DNA from: Candidatus Poribacteria bacterium
GTDB lineage: Bacteria > Poribacteria > WGA-4E > WGA-3G
DNA: 64,000 bases
Reading direction: 5' to 3'
NCBI GenBank assembly: GCA_965205025.1
Contig: CBDBFU010000020.1
Coordinates: 160,001 to 224,000 of the forward strand
The notes under the pieces: model-generated
What the model was told of the DNA's origin: nothing
Database searches by the model: none
The model's input: the letters and a program-made list of their open reading frames with translations, nothing else
Shown here: in pieces, positions 28,958 through 39,827 of the stretch
How positions within the stretch are numbered: position 1 is the stretch's first letter
Layout: the number at the start of each line of letters is the position of its first letter
Translations under genes and position numbers: made by a program

Positions 28958-30235
28958 TTAAATGAAGATATTAACACCTGATTGAAGATGATCTTTTGTT
29001 GAATCTTTTGAACAGGCGATATTATATATTGATTCAGCAATGGTATCACTCGCCTTAGGACGTCCCAGATTCAAACTTGCATTTTTCATATTTTGATAGA
29101 ATTCTTCATCTGTAGTGATCCGTACTAATTCTCCGACTACATCTTCTGGTTGTAAGTCATCCTGTTTTAAAACTACAGCTGCTCCTGCATTAGCCACTGT
29201 ATATGCATTGCTAACTTGGTTATTACCAACTGCAGCAGGTAAGGGAATAAAAATAGTAGGAATACCACAGGCTGTAACCTCAGATACAGTCATTCCACCT
29301 GCTCGGCAGATCATTACATCGGCAATACTATAAATCTCTTCGACTTGATCAAAAAAGGGACTAACATAATAGGGGATTGCATGACTTGAATATGCATCTT
29401 CAACATTCTCAGTTCCTGTTTTTCCAGTTTGATGTACAATCTGTATGGGAATAGTGTCCATTTCTTCTATTTTCATGGCTTTTGTTGAATTATTGTTTGA
29501 TTCTTCAGTTAATATAGACTTTACTATTAATGGACACGTTTTTATCATTATATCATTAATTACCCGAGCACCTTGACTTCCTCCCATAACAAATATAGTT
29601 TTTCTATTAGGAGATAGGTTGTATTTTTTGTAAGTTTCGTCATAGCGAGGATATGTGGCAATTTCCAATCGAATGGGATTACCAGTAATCTTTTTGATGT
29701 TTTTTGGAAATGGGTGGGTATCAGAATCTAATGCAAGATAAGCTGCCTTTACACGTCTTGAAAGTATCCTGTTAGTCAAACCTGGGGAGACATTCTGTTC
29801 TTGAATTACAATTGGGATTCTAAGTAAAGATGCAGCAAATAGAACAGGTCCTGATACATATCCTCCTGTTCCAATTACAACATCAGGTTTTAGACTTTTT
29901 AAATATTTATAGGATTGAAAAAGTCCTTGAAACATTTTAAGAATGACGCGGAACCATTTCAAGGTAGCTTTGCGAGGAAATCCTTCAACTGTAATTGGAT
30001 AAAAATTGAAACCTTTGTCCGGAATGATTGAAGCTTCTAAACGACCACGTCCTCCAATGAAGACAATTTCAACATTGGAGTTTATGCGTTGTAATGAATG
30101 GGCAATTGCAATTGCAGGATAAATATGTCCACCTGTTCCACCCCCTGCCAGAACAAATAACTTATTTATCTTTTCACTTTTTTTATTACTGTCGACATCG
30201 TCATTAGACTCTTGTCGTTGAATTGATTTTTTCAC
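28958..30235 (-). CDS. murG: Lipid II GlcNAc transferase
   Basis: GGGTGGHIYP, GTGGYVSGP, GGSQGA and CRAGG. Confidence 0.97.
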   Translation of the reverse strand: MKKSIQRQESNDDVDSNKKSEKINKLFVLAGGGTGGHIYPAIAIAHSLQRINSNVEIVFIGGRGRLEASIIPDKGFNFYPITVEGFPRKATLKWFRVILKMFQGLFQSYKYLKSLKPDVVIGTGGYVSGPVLFAASLLRIPIVIQEQNVSPGLTNRILSRRVKAAYLALDSDTHPFPKNIKKITGNPIRLEIATYPRYDETYKKYNLSPNRKTIFVMGGSQGARVINDIMIKTCPLIVKSILTEESNNNSTKAMKIEEMDTIPIQIVHQTGKTGTENVEDAYSSHAIPYYVSPFFDQVEEIYSIADVMICRAGGMTVSEVTACGIPTIFIPLPAAVGNNQVSNAYTVANAGAAVVLKQDDLQPEDVVGELVRITTDEEFYQNMKNASLNLGRPKASDTIAESIYNIACSKDSTKDHLQSGVNIFI

Positions 30236-30322
30236 TTTTACCTAAGCATGTTATGACAGAAGCCATCAACCTTGTTGCATGTTATTGGATTCTGTGTTGT
30301 GAAGCAGATGAACTTAACTGCA

Positions 30323-31510
30323 TTAAATATTACTCCGTTTAGAGCTTCGAGATATATTCAGTAATATACCGACACATCCTAAACTGATTACCAGTGATGA
30401 ACCTCCATAACTTAGAAATGGAAGAGTAATACCTTTTGTTGGAAGTAATCCTGTTACAACACCTATATTTATAAAAGCTTGAAGCGCAATTATAATTGTT
30501 AAACCTGTCGCGAATATTGCTCCAAACCGATCATCTGTATTGCGAGCAATTGATATCCCTCTCCATAAGAATATCATAAAGAGTAAAACAACAACTGTAG
30601 TTCCAATAAAACCAAATTCTTCACCTAATACTGCAAATATAAAATCTGTATGAGGATAAGGTAGATAATCAATCTTAGCTGCACTACCGTCAATTCCAAC
30701 TCCATATAATCCACCCCAAGCAAGTGCATTCAATGATCGTCCCAGCTGATATCCTGCGGTATTAGGTGATTGAATGGATGCCCAATAATCAGTGACTCTT
30801 GTCATACGATATGGATCACTAATTATAAATCCTGCCAATAATGCGATTCCAATCCCTGTTAATAGAAGTGTATGTGATATCCTAATACCACCAATGAATA
30901 GTAAACAGCCGGCTGTTGCAGCCAACAATACAGCTGAACCAAAATCTGGCTGCATTGCTACAAGTCCAAACATTAATCCTATGATTAGAACATTTGGCAT
31001 TACTCCATAAAATAGGCTCTTTATCTTTTCTGGATTTCGAGCCAGAAAATGTGCCATGTGAATAATTAATGCAATCTTTGCAAATTCAACTGGCTGAAAT
31101 TGTATACCACCTACTGCTATCCACCGATTAAATCTTCCTCCTTCAGCACCACGGACGCTTGAACCCAAAGGTGTGAAAACCAGTACTAACAATACAACAG
31201 AAAAAAACAGGAGTAATGTACTATACTTCTCATAAAATCTGAATGGAATGTATGTACAAACAACCATACCTAGTAATCCTATGAAACATGCAATCCCTTG
31301 CATTTTGAGATAATGGTAACTGGTTCCATATTGTTTAGCTGATAGGACATGACCAGCACTATAAACCATTAGAATGCCTATACCAACTAACACAAGAGAT
31401 ACGGTTAGTAATACTGGATCTACCCTACCTGTACCTGCAATATTTCCAGGATTATTCTTATTAGGTGTAGGTGATGCATTGGGATAACTGATATTATTTT
31501 CATTGAGCAT
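30323..31510 (-). CDS. ftsW: SEDS peptidoglycan glycosyltransferase FtsW
   Basis: FQPVEFAK, QPDFG, HTDFIFA and GITLPFLSYGGSS. Confidence 0.95.
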   Translation of the reverse strand: MLNENNISYPNASPTPNKNNPGNIAGTGRVDPVLLTVSLVLVGIGILMVYSAGHVLSAKQYGTSYHYLKMQGIACFIGLLGMVVCTYIPFRFYEKYSTLLLFFSVVLLVLVFTPLGSSVRGAEGGRFNRWIAVGGIQFQPVEFAKIALIIHMAHFLARNPEKIKSLFYGVMPNVLIIGLMFGLVAMQPDFGSAVLLAATAGCLLFIGGIRISHTLLLTGIGIALLAGFIISDPYRMTRVTDYWASIQSPNTAGYQLGRSLNALAWGGLYGVGIDGSAAKIDYLPYPHTDFIFAVLGEEFGFIGTTVVVLLFMIFLWRGISIARNTDDRFGAIFATGLTIIIALQAFINIGVVTGLLPTKGITLPFLSYGGSSLVISLGCVGILLNISRSSKRSNI

Positions 31511-31618
31511 ACGATATCATTACTGTTATATAATTATAGTTTTTATAAGATTTATAACGGTGTTGATTTTAAAAATCAGTACAACGATATATATCATAGA
31601 CTTAGGTGTTAGAATTAA

Positions 31619-33121
31619 TTATAAGAGAATCTTAGATTCAACTCTCATTTCAGAATTAAGATCCAACACTGCCTTTTTAAATGCTTCCCCACGAACCTTA
31701 TAATCTAAATACATATCAAAACTGGCATTTGCTGGAGATAGAAGCACAATATCCCCATCTACTGAAATCTCTTCTGCTATTTCAACTGCCTGATCCATTT
31801 TGGATACATTATAAATCTTACAATAGTTATAAAATGTATTTTTAATATTATGTGTATGTTCACCAAGTAGAATTAGACATTTTACCTTACTCTGAACTGG
31901 TTCAACCAGACAAGTATAATCGTTTCCTTTATCATACCCACCCATAATCAAAATAACTCTCTTTGAATATTGTTCATCCTTATTTTTTTTGTCTATTGAT
32001 TCAAGCGCTGCGTATGTTGCTATGACGTTTGTAGCCTTAGAATCGTTTATATAATCCACGTCATTAATAGTAGCTACTTTCTCAAAAGCATGTTCTAAGG
32101 CTGGGTGTGTTCGAGTAAAATCTAATAGTGCATTACGCATGATTGATGGTTGGACACTAAATATTGAACCAATCACTATAGCTGCAAGTACATTTCGAAT
32201 ATTATGTGCTCCTGCAAAAGGTAATTCTTCTGCACAACAAACATAGTCTATACTCTCTTGATTTATTGAATACAGAACTTTTTTACCATTATTGATTCGC
32301 AGCTCAGCTCCGATTTTTCTTACCTTTTTTCGGTTCATGTTGTTAGGTATGGTTTTTTTTGTAGTTTCATCTGTAAAGTAGACTTTCTGTGCTTTTGTAT
32401 TTTCAGCAAATCTATATGCATATTCATCAGATAAGTTTAATACTATCCATTCTGATTCTGTTTGGTTTCTACAGATATTACTTTTTGCAGTAAAATATGC
32501 TTCCATTGTTCCATGTCTATCAAGATGGTCTTGTGAAAGATTCAATACGACACTTACCAAAGGGCAGAATACCTCTGTACTTTCTAATTGAAAACTACTT
32601 GCTTCAATAACACAAATATCGTTCTGTGTTAGTGCTGTGATCTTACTTGATAGTGGAACTCCAATATTTCCTGCTACAACTACATTATTGAATAACTCAC
32701 TCTTTTCAAGGATTGCAGCGGTTAAAAGAGTTGTTGTAGACTTACCTTTTGTCCCTGTAATTGCGATAATTGGAGCGGGACAAAGATTGGCAGCGACTTC
32801 TAACTCTCCTAATATCTTTATGCCTTCTTTTCTTGCTTTTTTTAAAATTGGTATATCTAAAGGGACACCTGGAGAAACAACGATTAAATGACTATCTTTG
32901 ATACACTCCTCACTATGTCTACCAAGAAAATAGTCGATCTCTAATTCTTCTAACTGTACTAATTCATCAGATAATTCATTTTTCTTCCGTGAATCAGTGA
33001 TAGCTATTTTACAACCAAAACCGTGTAGTAGATTTGTAATAGCGATTCCACTACGATTTGCCCCAAAAACTGTAATTTTCTTATTGGTATAGGACCCAAT
33101 TACTGGATTAAGCAAATTCAT
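31619..33121 (-). CDS. murD: UDP-MurNAc-L-Ala--D-glutamate ligase
   Basis: VSPGVP, GTKGKSTT, EASSFQL, NDSKATN and LLSPANASFD. Confidence 0.96.
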   Translation of the reverse strand: MNLLNPVIGSYTNKKITVFGANRSGIAITNLLHGFGCKIAITDSRKKNELSDELVQLEELEIDYFLGRHSEECIKDSHLIVVSPGVPLDIPILKKARKEGIKILGELEVAANLCPAPIIAITGTKGKSTTTLLTAAILEKSELFNNVVVAGNIGVPLSSKITALTQNDICVIEASSFQLESTEVFCPLVSVVLNLSQDHLDRHGTMEAYFTAKSNICRNQTESEWIVLNLSDEYAYRFAENTKAQKVYFTDETTKKTIPNNMNRKKVRKIGAELRINNGKKVLYSINQESIDYVCCAEELPFAGAHNIRNVLAAIVIGSIFSVQPSIMRNALLDFTRTHPALEHAFEKVATINDVDYINDSKATNVIATYAALESIDKKNKDEQYSKRVILIMGGYDKGNDYTCLVEPVQSKVKCLILLGEHTHNIKNTFYNYCKIYNVSKMDQAVEIAEEISVDGDIVLLSPANASFDMYLDYKVRGEAFKKAVLDLNSEMRVESKILL

Positions 33122-33158
33122 CTCAATAATATCAGATTGGAAATGTTCCTTCTAATAC

Positions 33159-34274
33159 TTACCTTAATTTTAATGTACTTAATGCAATCAGCATTAAGAT
33201 AAATGCAACTATCCAAAAACGGATAACAACTTTAGATTCCTTCCATCCAGATAATAAGAAATGAAAATGTAGTGGTGACATCTTAATGACTCTTTTCCCA
33301 AATAGTCTATAAGACAATACTTGGATGATGACTGAGAAACACTCTGCAACAAAGATACCACCGACTATGATGAGAAGGAATTCTTGCTTTATTAATAATG
33401 CTGCAGTTCCGAGAGTTGCACCTAAAGGGAGTGAACCAGTATCTCCCATAAAAAGTTGAGCAGGATGACCATTGTACCAAAGGAATCCTAATCCAGCACC
33501 TACCAATGTAGCACAAAAGATCGCTGTAACTTCACCACCAATAGGTAGATGGAATATATTTAGGTGAGTGGCAATAATGGTATGACTTGCCATATAGCCT
33601 AATGCAGCAAATGTGCCAGCGACAAACAGTGTACACCCAATTGCTAATCCGTCCATTCCATCAGTGAGATTAACTGCATTAGATGTTCCGACAATGACTA
33701 TAGTGGCAAACGGGATATAAAAATATCCTAAATTCAACTGTATATTTTTGAAAAACGGTAGATTGAGTGTTGTACGAGTAGATATATCGTTTGCTTCAGT
33801 AGGTCCCCAATAAAAAAGATAGAATGCAATTGCTAATGCCCCTAATGTCTGGAGTAAAATTTTCTGCCAAGCTCTTAGACCAAGAGACTGTCTCTTACTG
33901 ATTTTACGCATATCATCAAGAAAACCAAGTCCACCAAACCAGATCATTGTAAAGAGCATCAGCAGGATATAGGGTTGATCTAATTTCGCCCAAAATAGAA
34001 CAGAAATCAGAACTGCTACAATGATAAGAATTCCCCCCATTGTAGGTGTACCTGCTTTACTTTGATTGTCGTTGTTTTGTGCTTGTTCTACCTCCTCTTG
34101 TATATGTTCACCAATATTTAACTGTTTTAACCTTGAGACCATAAAAGGTCCTAATACCAAAGAAATACCTAATGCTGTAGCTGTTGCATATACCGTTCGA
34201 ATACTAATAGAGCTAAAAACATCTAATAGTGGAAAACTGTCTGCAAGAGTCTGTATAAATAGATGATATAGCAT
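33159..34274 (-). CDS. mraY: Phospho-MurNAc-pentapeptide translocase
   Basis: GTPTMGG, NAVNLTDGMDGL and FMGDTGS. Confidence 0.97.
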   Translation of the reverse strand: MLYHLFIQTLADSFPLLDVFSSISIRTVYATATALGISLVLGPFMVSRLKQLNIGEHIQEEVEQAQNNDNQSKAGTPTMGGILIIVAVLISVLFWAKLDQPYILLMLFTMIWFGGLGFLDDMRKISKRQSLGLRAWQKILLQTLGALAIAFYLFYWGPTEANDISTRTTLNLPFFKNIQLNLGYFYIPFATIVIVGTSNAVNLTDGMDGLAIGCTLFVAGTFAALGYMASHTIIATHLNIFHLPIGGEVTAIFCATLVGAGLGFLWYNGHPAQLFMGDTGSLPLGATLGTAALLIKQEFLLIIVGGIFVAECFSVIIQVLSYRLFGKRVIKMSPLHFHFLLSGWKESKVVIRFWIVAFILMLIALSTLKLR

Positions 34275-34350
34275 AGTATTGGAGAAACAAATCTAACAGG
34301 AAATTATGATTAGTTGGATATCATATCATAGACTATATGAATGAATTAGA

Positions 34351-35535
34351 TTAATCATTTAGCTTACCTAAACTTGCTCCTGCGTGACTTAATAGATTAG
34401 TAGAATTAGAATATATTAGTTTATTTTTCTCTTTATGTGTTTCTAAAGCAAGTGTTACCAATTCAGAAGACAATTGACTGAAAGTTATATCTGAAGGTTC
34501 CCACAAATAGAAACTGAATGAACCAGGGATTGTGTTGATTTCATTTACATATACTCTATCGTCAGATGTAATAAGGAAATCAATTCGCGCTATTCCTGAA
34601 CAGTCCAGAATCTGAAATGTATCAGTTGCCATATTTTGAATATGTAACGTTAGGTCATCGGTAATTGGTGCAGGAATTTTTCGTTGTGCACCTGCCATCC
34701 CTTCCCTAGAAATATCTTCTGAATCATCTGGTGGTTGATGTATATATTTATCGTCAAAACTTAGAAAATCATTATTACTGAGAGGTTGTTCACAAACTGA
34801 AGGAACCGGGTTATGTGTTCCCATCACTGAACAGTTAATTTCATAGCCTTGTTCTATGCCTTCTTCAACAACTATTCGTTGGGAATATCGACAAGCCAAT
34901 TCAATCGCATCATGTAGTTCTTCTTCATCTCTAACAGGACTAACTCCTATACTTGAACCACTCATAGCCGGTTTTACAAAAACGGGATAACCTATTTCCT
35001 CTTGAACTTTATCTATAATATCTTCTGAGGTTGTATTCCACTGGTGTTTTGTGAACCAGATGTAAGGTAGGATTGGAAGACCACAGTCGCTAAGTATTGA
35101 CTTCATGATAATTTTATCCATTCCTATACAGGAACCTACTACCCCTGCCCCAACATAAGGGATATTCATTAATTCGAATAAACCTTGTAGTGTTCCATCT
35201 TCACCATGTATTCCATGAATAGCAGGAAACATAACGTCAATATTTAATTCTCTTTTTCTATTAAATAGACCAAGACGTTTGGGAATACTATAAAAGGTTG
35301 GTCTTGTTTCAAATTCAACACTGATTCTATCAAAATCTGATATGTTAGGTAAACTGCCATTCGTAAAAGTATCTAATTCATGAAGTTGGTCTCCAGTCAA
35401 CCATTCACCTTCTTTTGTAATATATATAAGGGTTACTTCATACTGATCATTTAATGCAGCTTTTAACTGATGGGCAGTTACAATGGAGACTTCATGCTCA
35501 GGAGACCTGCCACCGAATATGACCGCAACATTCAT
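34351..35535 (-). CDS. ddl: D-alanine--D-alanine ligase
   Basis: FGGRSPEHEVS, HGIHGEDGTLQG, GSSIG and NEINTIPG. Confidence 0.94.
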   Translation of the reverse strand: MNVAVIFGGRSPEHEVSIVTAHQLKAALNDQYEVTLIYITKEGEWLTGDQLHELDTFTNGSLPNISDFDRISVEFETRPTFYSIPKRLGLFNRKRELNIDVMFPAIHGIHGEDGTLQGLFELMNIPYVGAGVVGSCIGMDKIIMKSILSDCGLPILPYIWFTKHQWNTTSEDIIDKVQEEIGYPVFVKPAMSGSSIGVSPVRDEEELHDAIELACRYSQRIVVEEGIEQGYEINCSVMGTHNPVPSVCEQPLSNNDFLSFDDKYIHQPPDDSEDISREGMAGAQRKIPAPITDDLTLHIQNMATDTFQILDCSGIARIDFLITSDDRVYVNEINTIPGSFSFYLWEPSDITFSQLSSELVTLALETHKEKNKLIYSNSTNLLSHAGASLGKLND

Positions 35536-35660
35536 AAGTTAAATTCCTTATAGTTTTTTCCTATTGCTTCTATTATATATTATGACATTCAATACAGATA
35601 TAGCATATTAGTTTCTAATCAATTAAAATACAGTAAAGAGTTTAGGGTACAATTTATCTA

Positions 35661-37283
35661 TTAGACTGATTCATTATAATTATCTGGTAAGTCATTTTCA
35701 AAAAGGACAACATCACCAGGTGAGAGGCGTATAGCAAGGTGTTGCTGAGCATCTGTTAGATTCTTTGCGATGTATATTTTATCTTCAGGATAATCCTCAG
35801 TCTTTAATCCTTCTAAGATAGGTAATGTTCTCGCTGGTCCTACAAGGATTATGAGATCACATACCTTTGCAGCATCTGATCCAAATTTCTTATTGGCATC
35901 ATATTCTTGATCACCTAATTCAACTAACCCCGGGGTGACCAATACTTTTTGTGAATTTCCGTTACTTAAAAAATCGTTCAATACTTCAAGAGCGGCCTTT
36001 GCTCCTTCAGGATTGGCATTAAATGAATCGTCAATCACAGTAATACCAGTACCCGAATCCATTAGTTGTAAACGATGAGGAACAGGTTCCAAGGTATTAA
36101 GTGTTTCAGCTATCTCATTTAAAGTCATTCCACAATGTTGAGCAACTGCAACAGCTGCAAGTATATTCGACACGTTATGTTTGCCAAGAAGCTTTGTTGA
36201 TATTCCTACAGTTCCTGAAGTTTTGTCTTTAAATCTAAATGACAAACCTGTTTTAGATTGTATTATCTCATCTGCAGTTAATCTGTTAGTATCATTTGAT
36301 TTGACACCATAGCGTATGACAGGTACGGTATCAGTCTTCTCAGCTAAATCCGCGCAAATATTATTATCATTGTTAATGACAGCTAATCCATTAGATGGTA
36401 AAGACTGTATTAGTTCATACTTTGCTTGTGTTGTATTTTCAATACTCTTAAATCTTTCTAAATGTTGAGGCCCAACTGCAGTAAGAATACCAATCTCAGG
36501 AAAGGCAAGATCACAAAGCTCTTGTATATCTCCGCGCTTGTATGCCCCCATCTCAACAATGAAATATTCATGTTCTGGCAATAAATCTCCTCTAATGACT
36601 TTACAGATTCCCATCGGAGTGTTATAACTATCAGGTGTCATCAGTGTATTATATTTTTGGGATAGAATCTGATGAAGTATATATTTTGTACTTGTTTTGC
36701 CATAACTTCCAGTTATTCCTATGACAGTAAGTTCCAGAGATTTAATTCGTCGTCTTGCATCGCGTAAATACAAACCATTAATAAACTGTTCAACAGGCCA
36801 GATTGCAAATCCACTTAAGATCATGATAGGTATAGTAAGTTCACTAAATAGGAACGCAATTAGTCGCCATCTATTTTCCTGGATAAATAATGCTAATATT
36901 AAACCAATTCCAAAGAGTAAAACTAATGCCAAACTAAACAAACGTTTTGCCCGGAATGTATAGACCAACGGTTTTTTTACTTCAACCTTCTTACGTGTTG
37001 TTATTGCATATAGTTGATATACCATCCAAGCAATTGAGAATAAAGGAAAGGTCCAATTACCATCAATAAATGGAGGGTATAAAATTACAGGTATTGAGAA
37101 TACAACAATAATAGAAAGATCCCTGATTTCAATACATTGACTGATGTGATTTGTAACCCATTTTGTATATCGTCCAGGTTTGTATCCATCAAGTTGTAAA
37201 ATGTGTAATCCTTGAATTGCTCTAATAATTGCTCTAACTAAGCAGATAATTAAAACACTAATAAAGAGAATTTCGTTAACCAT
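35661..37283 (-). CDS. murF: UDP-MurNAc-tripeptide--D-Ala-D-Ala ligase with an N-terminal multi-TM domain
   Basis: GITGSYGKTSTK, SYNTPMG, VEMGA and DDSFNANP. The first ~170 aa contain 4-5 hydrophobic helices. Confidence 0.9.
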   Translation of the reverse strand: MVNEILFISVLIICLVRAIIRAIQGLHILQLDGYKPGRYTKWVTNHISQCIEIRDLSIIVVFSIPVILYPPFIDGNWTFPLFSIAWMVYQLYAITTRKKVEVKKPLVYTFRAKRLFSLALVLLFGIGLILALFIQENRWRLIAFLFSELTIPIMILSGFAIWPVEQFINGLYLRDARRRIKSLELTVIGITGSYGKTSTKYILHQILSQKYNTLMTPDSYNTPMGICKVIRGDLLPEHEYFIVEMGAYKRGDIQELCDLAFPEIGILTAVGPQHLERFKSIENTTQAKYELIQSLPSNGLAVINNDNNICADLAEKTDTVPVIRYGVKSNDTNRLTADEIIQSKTGLSFRFKDKTSGTVGISTKLLGKHNVSNILAAVAVAQHCGMTLNEIAETLNTLEPVPHRLQLMDSGTGITVIDDSFNANPEGAKAALEVLNDFLSNGNSQKVLVTPGLVELGDQEYDANKKFGSDAAKVCDLIILVGPARTLPILEGLKTEDYPEDKIYIAKNLTDAQQHLAIRLSPGDVVLFENDLPDNYNESV

Positions 37284-37443
37284 AATGTCCTAAGTTAGAA
37301 AAGCGCAATGAAGATGCTGCAACAGAGAAGTTACTGCAAAAAAATCATCGCGCTACTATCAATTGGTATAATTCTGCATTATGGGATGCAGTTATACTAT
37401 TTAGAATTTTATAAAAGCAAAACTTGCTATCAATGTTAATACT

Positions 37444-38202
37444 TCATTCTAAAAAATTACTCACAATCTGTAAGAATTGTTCAGTTTGATCTAAGTAGGA
37501 GAAATGTCCAGCATCCTTCAATACTACCAATTCAGCATTAGGTATCTCGTTTTCCATTTTCCTTCCAGAAGACACTGGGGTGTCATTATCATCTTCACCC
37601 CATATCAACAATGTTTCTGCACTGATTTTGGATAGAAACGGATTCAAATCCTGGTTAACTGATTTTACCATTGTACCTCTCATTGGACCTGCTTCTTTAT
37701 AATCTCTGGATCCAACTCTATCTGCGATTCTGTTAGCCAATTGATTTCCAAATCTCCCTAATCTTCGAAATATACGTCCAATCCTTGCCAGTAAATATTT
37801 ACAGTAGAATTTCAGAGTTCTTCTCGGTTTTATACCAGCACTATTTACTAAGATAACTTTCTCTATTTTTTCTGGTTCTTCAGCGGCAATTACAATTGAA
37901 ATCCTTCCTCCGTATGAGTGCCCTATCAGTGAAGCTTTTTTAATATTAAGTTTATCAAGAAAACTGGAAAGTAATTTTGCATAATCTATGGCATCCCATG
38001 CTATAGGTGGTATCTCACTAAGTCCAAAACCAGGTAAATCAAGTGAATATACTTGGTGTGAACTTGATAGACTGTCAAAGACACTTTGAAATGTTCCTGA
38101 TTCTGCTCCCCAACCATGTAAAAGCACGACAGGAGAACCAGTTCCACCAACACGATATGCAACTTTGAGATTATCGATCTCAATAAATTTAACCGACAGC
38201 AT
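37444..38202 (-). CDS. Alpha/beta-fold hydrolase
   Basis: LLHGWG, DLPGFG, nucleophile GHSYGG and AGHFSY. Confidence 0.93.
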   Translation of the reverse strand: MLSVKFIEIDNLKVAYRVGGTGSPVVLLHGWGAESGTFQSVFDSLSSSHQVYSLDLPGFGLSEIPPIAWDAIDYAKLLSSFLDKLNIKKASLIGHSYGGRISIVIAAEEPEKIEKVILVNSAGIKPRRTLKFYCKYLLARIGRIFRRLGRFGNQLANRIADRVGSRDYKEAGPMRGTMVKSVNQDLNPFLSKISAETLLIWGEDDNDTPVSSGRKMENEIPNAELVVLKDAGHFSYLDQTEQFLQIVSNFLE

Positions 38203-38282
38203 GACTAAGGTTGGTACGTTTCAAATTCAAATTACATTTGAGGCATAATATATTGCTAAGGAATATATTACGATTTTATGAA

Positions 38283-39827
38283 TTAATGTGATTCCATGTG
38301 TATATGTTTTAGTATGTCTGATGCCACAGTTCTGTCATCAAAAGGATATCTTTTGCCATTAATCTCTTGATAATCTTCATGTCCCTTACCCGCAATTACA
38401 ATAACATCATTTTTTTTTGCCTTCAAAATTGCTTTTTGAATTGCTTTGCGTCTATCTGAAATACACATAAATGCTGCATCATGTGGTAAATTTGACACAA
38501 TATCAGAGATGATTTCATCGGGATTTTCTGTCCGTGGGTTGTCCGAGGTGATTACACTAAAATCGGCTATTTCAGTAGAAATTTTACCCATTTTTGGACG
38601 TTTACTTTTATCTCTATCACCCCCACAACCAAAAACAGAAATTAACCGTCCATCTGATATATCCCGTGCAGCAGTTAACACATTTTCCAATCCGTCAGGT
38701 GTATGTGCATAATCAACTATCACAGCAAATTCATTGTTTTCATTCATAGTTGATATACGTTCAAACCGACCTGGGACAACAGTAGTTGCAAGACCATCTG
38801 AAATAGCCCGTTCGTTGCAGTTATACCGAAGTCCAACACCAATGGCAGCAAGAGCATTATAGATATTATAAGAACCAAGTAATTGTAATGATGTATGGAT
38901 ATTACTACATGAGGTGTTTAGCAAATCTCTAATATTGTCTTTTACAACGGTTGAGAAAACTAATTGCTTTAATGATATATCTATATTCTGAGCAGTTAGA
39001 TCCGCATCGGTCTTAATTCCGTATGTTAGAATGTGTTGGTGAGACATCCGTTCTTCTATCTGATGTATGACCGAAGAATCACTATTCAGTATTGCAATTC
39101 CATCCGGAGTTAATTGGTCAAATAACATCATTTTTGCATCAAGGTATTCTTTCATTGTGTTATGGTAATCAAGATGGTCTTGTGTGAAATTAGTAAAAAC
39201 TGCAGTATGGAAATTGATTCCAGCTAATCTATGTTGAGCAAGACCTTGCGATGAAGTCTCCATGACAACATATTCGACACCAGAATTAACTAATTCCTTA
39301 AAAATTGCATGGAGTCTATAAGCATCAGGTGTGGTAAGGATTGCGGGTATTTCGATTTTAGCTTTGTTATTTTCTATCTCCGGGGATTCTTGCGTTTCGT
39401 AAGAATGACCTACTGTTCCAAGTACAGCGACCTTATATCCTTGTGATCTAAGAATACTGTACGATAGATGTGCCGTGGAAGTCTTTCCATTAGTTCCTGT
39501 GATACCTATTAGTTTTAATTTTCTTGTTGGGTTTCCATACCAATTTCCAGCACAAATGGCTTGTGCTTTCCGTCCATTTGGTGTAATGACATTGGTGATG
39601 TCATTGTGGAGATAGTCAATACGTCTTTCAGAAATTATAACCTTAGCTCCATTCTCAATAGCTCCAGGAATAAAATCATGTCCATCTACATTCAATCCTT
39701 GATAACAGAGGAATGCGTATCTTTCTTTTACTAATCGGTGATCACTTACGACACCTGCTATATTGGAATTGCAATCACCAATCAATTCGACAATTTCAAC
39801 ACCTTCAAGAAGATTCTGTAGTTTCAT
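38283..39827 (-). CDS. murE: UDP-MurNAc-dipeptide--meso-diaminopimelate ligase
   Basis: GTNGKTS, VDYAHTPD, FGCGGDRD, DNPR (meso-DAP signature) and AGKGHE. Confidence 0.97.
   Translation of the reverse strand: MKLQNLLEGVEIVELIGDCNSNIAGVVSDHRLVKERYAFLCYQGLNVDGHDFIPGAIENGAKVIISERRIDYLHNDITNVITPNGRKAQAICAGNWYGNPTRKLKLIGITGTNGKTSTAHLSYSILRSQGYKVAVLGTVGHSYETQESPEIENNKAKIEIPAILTTPDAYRLHAIFKELVNSGVEYVVMETSSQGLAQHRLAGINFHTAVFTNFTQDHLDYHNTMKEYLDAKMMLFDQLTPDGIAILNSDSSVIHQIEERMSHQHILTYGIKTDADLTAQNIDISLKQLVFSTVVKDNIRDLLNTSCSNIHTSLQLLGSYNIYNALAAIGVGLRYNCNERAISDGLATTVVPGRFERISTMNENNEFAVIVDYAHTPDGLENVLTAARDISDGRLISVFGCGGDRDKSKRPKMGKISTEIADFSVITSDNPRTENPDEIISDIVSNLPHDAAFMCISDRRKAIQKAILKAKKNDVIVIAGKGHEDYQEINGKRYPFDDRTVASDILKHIHMESH

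Noticed and set aside
34351-35535. Van-type D-Ala-D-Lac ligase or glycopeptide resistance cassette
   Set aside because: The omega-loop Tyr is retained, there are no vanH/vanX/vanRS genes, and the neighbouring hydrolase is a Ser alpha/beta enzyme, not a Zn dipeptidase.
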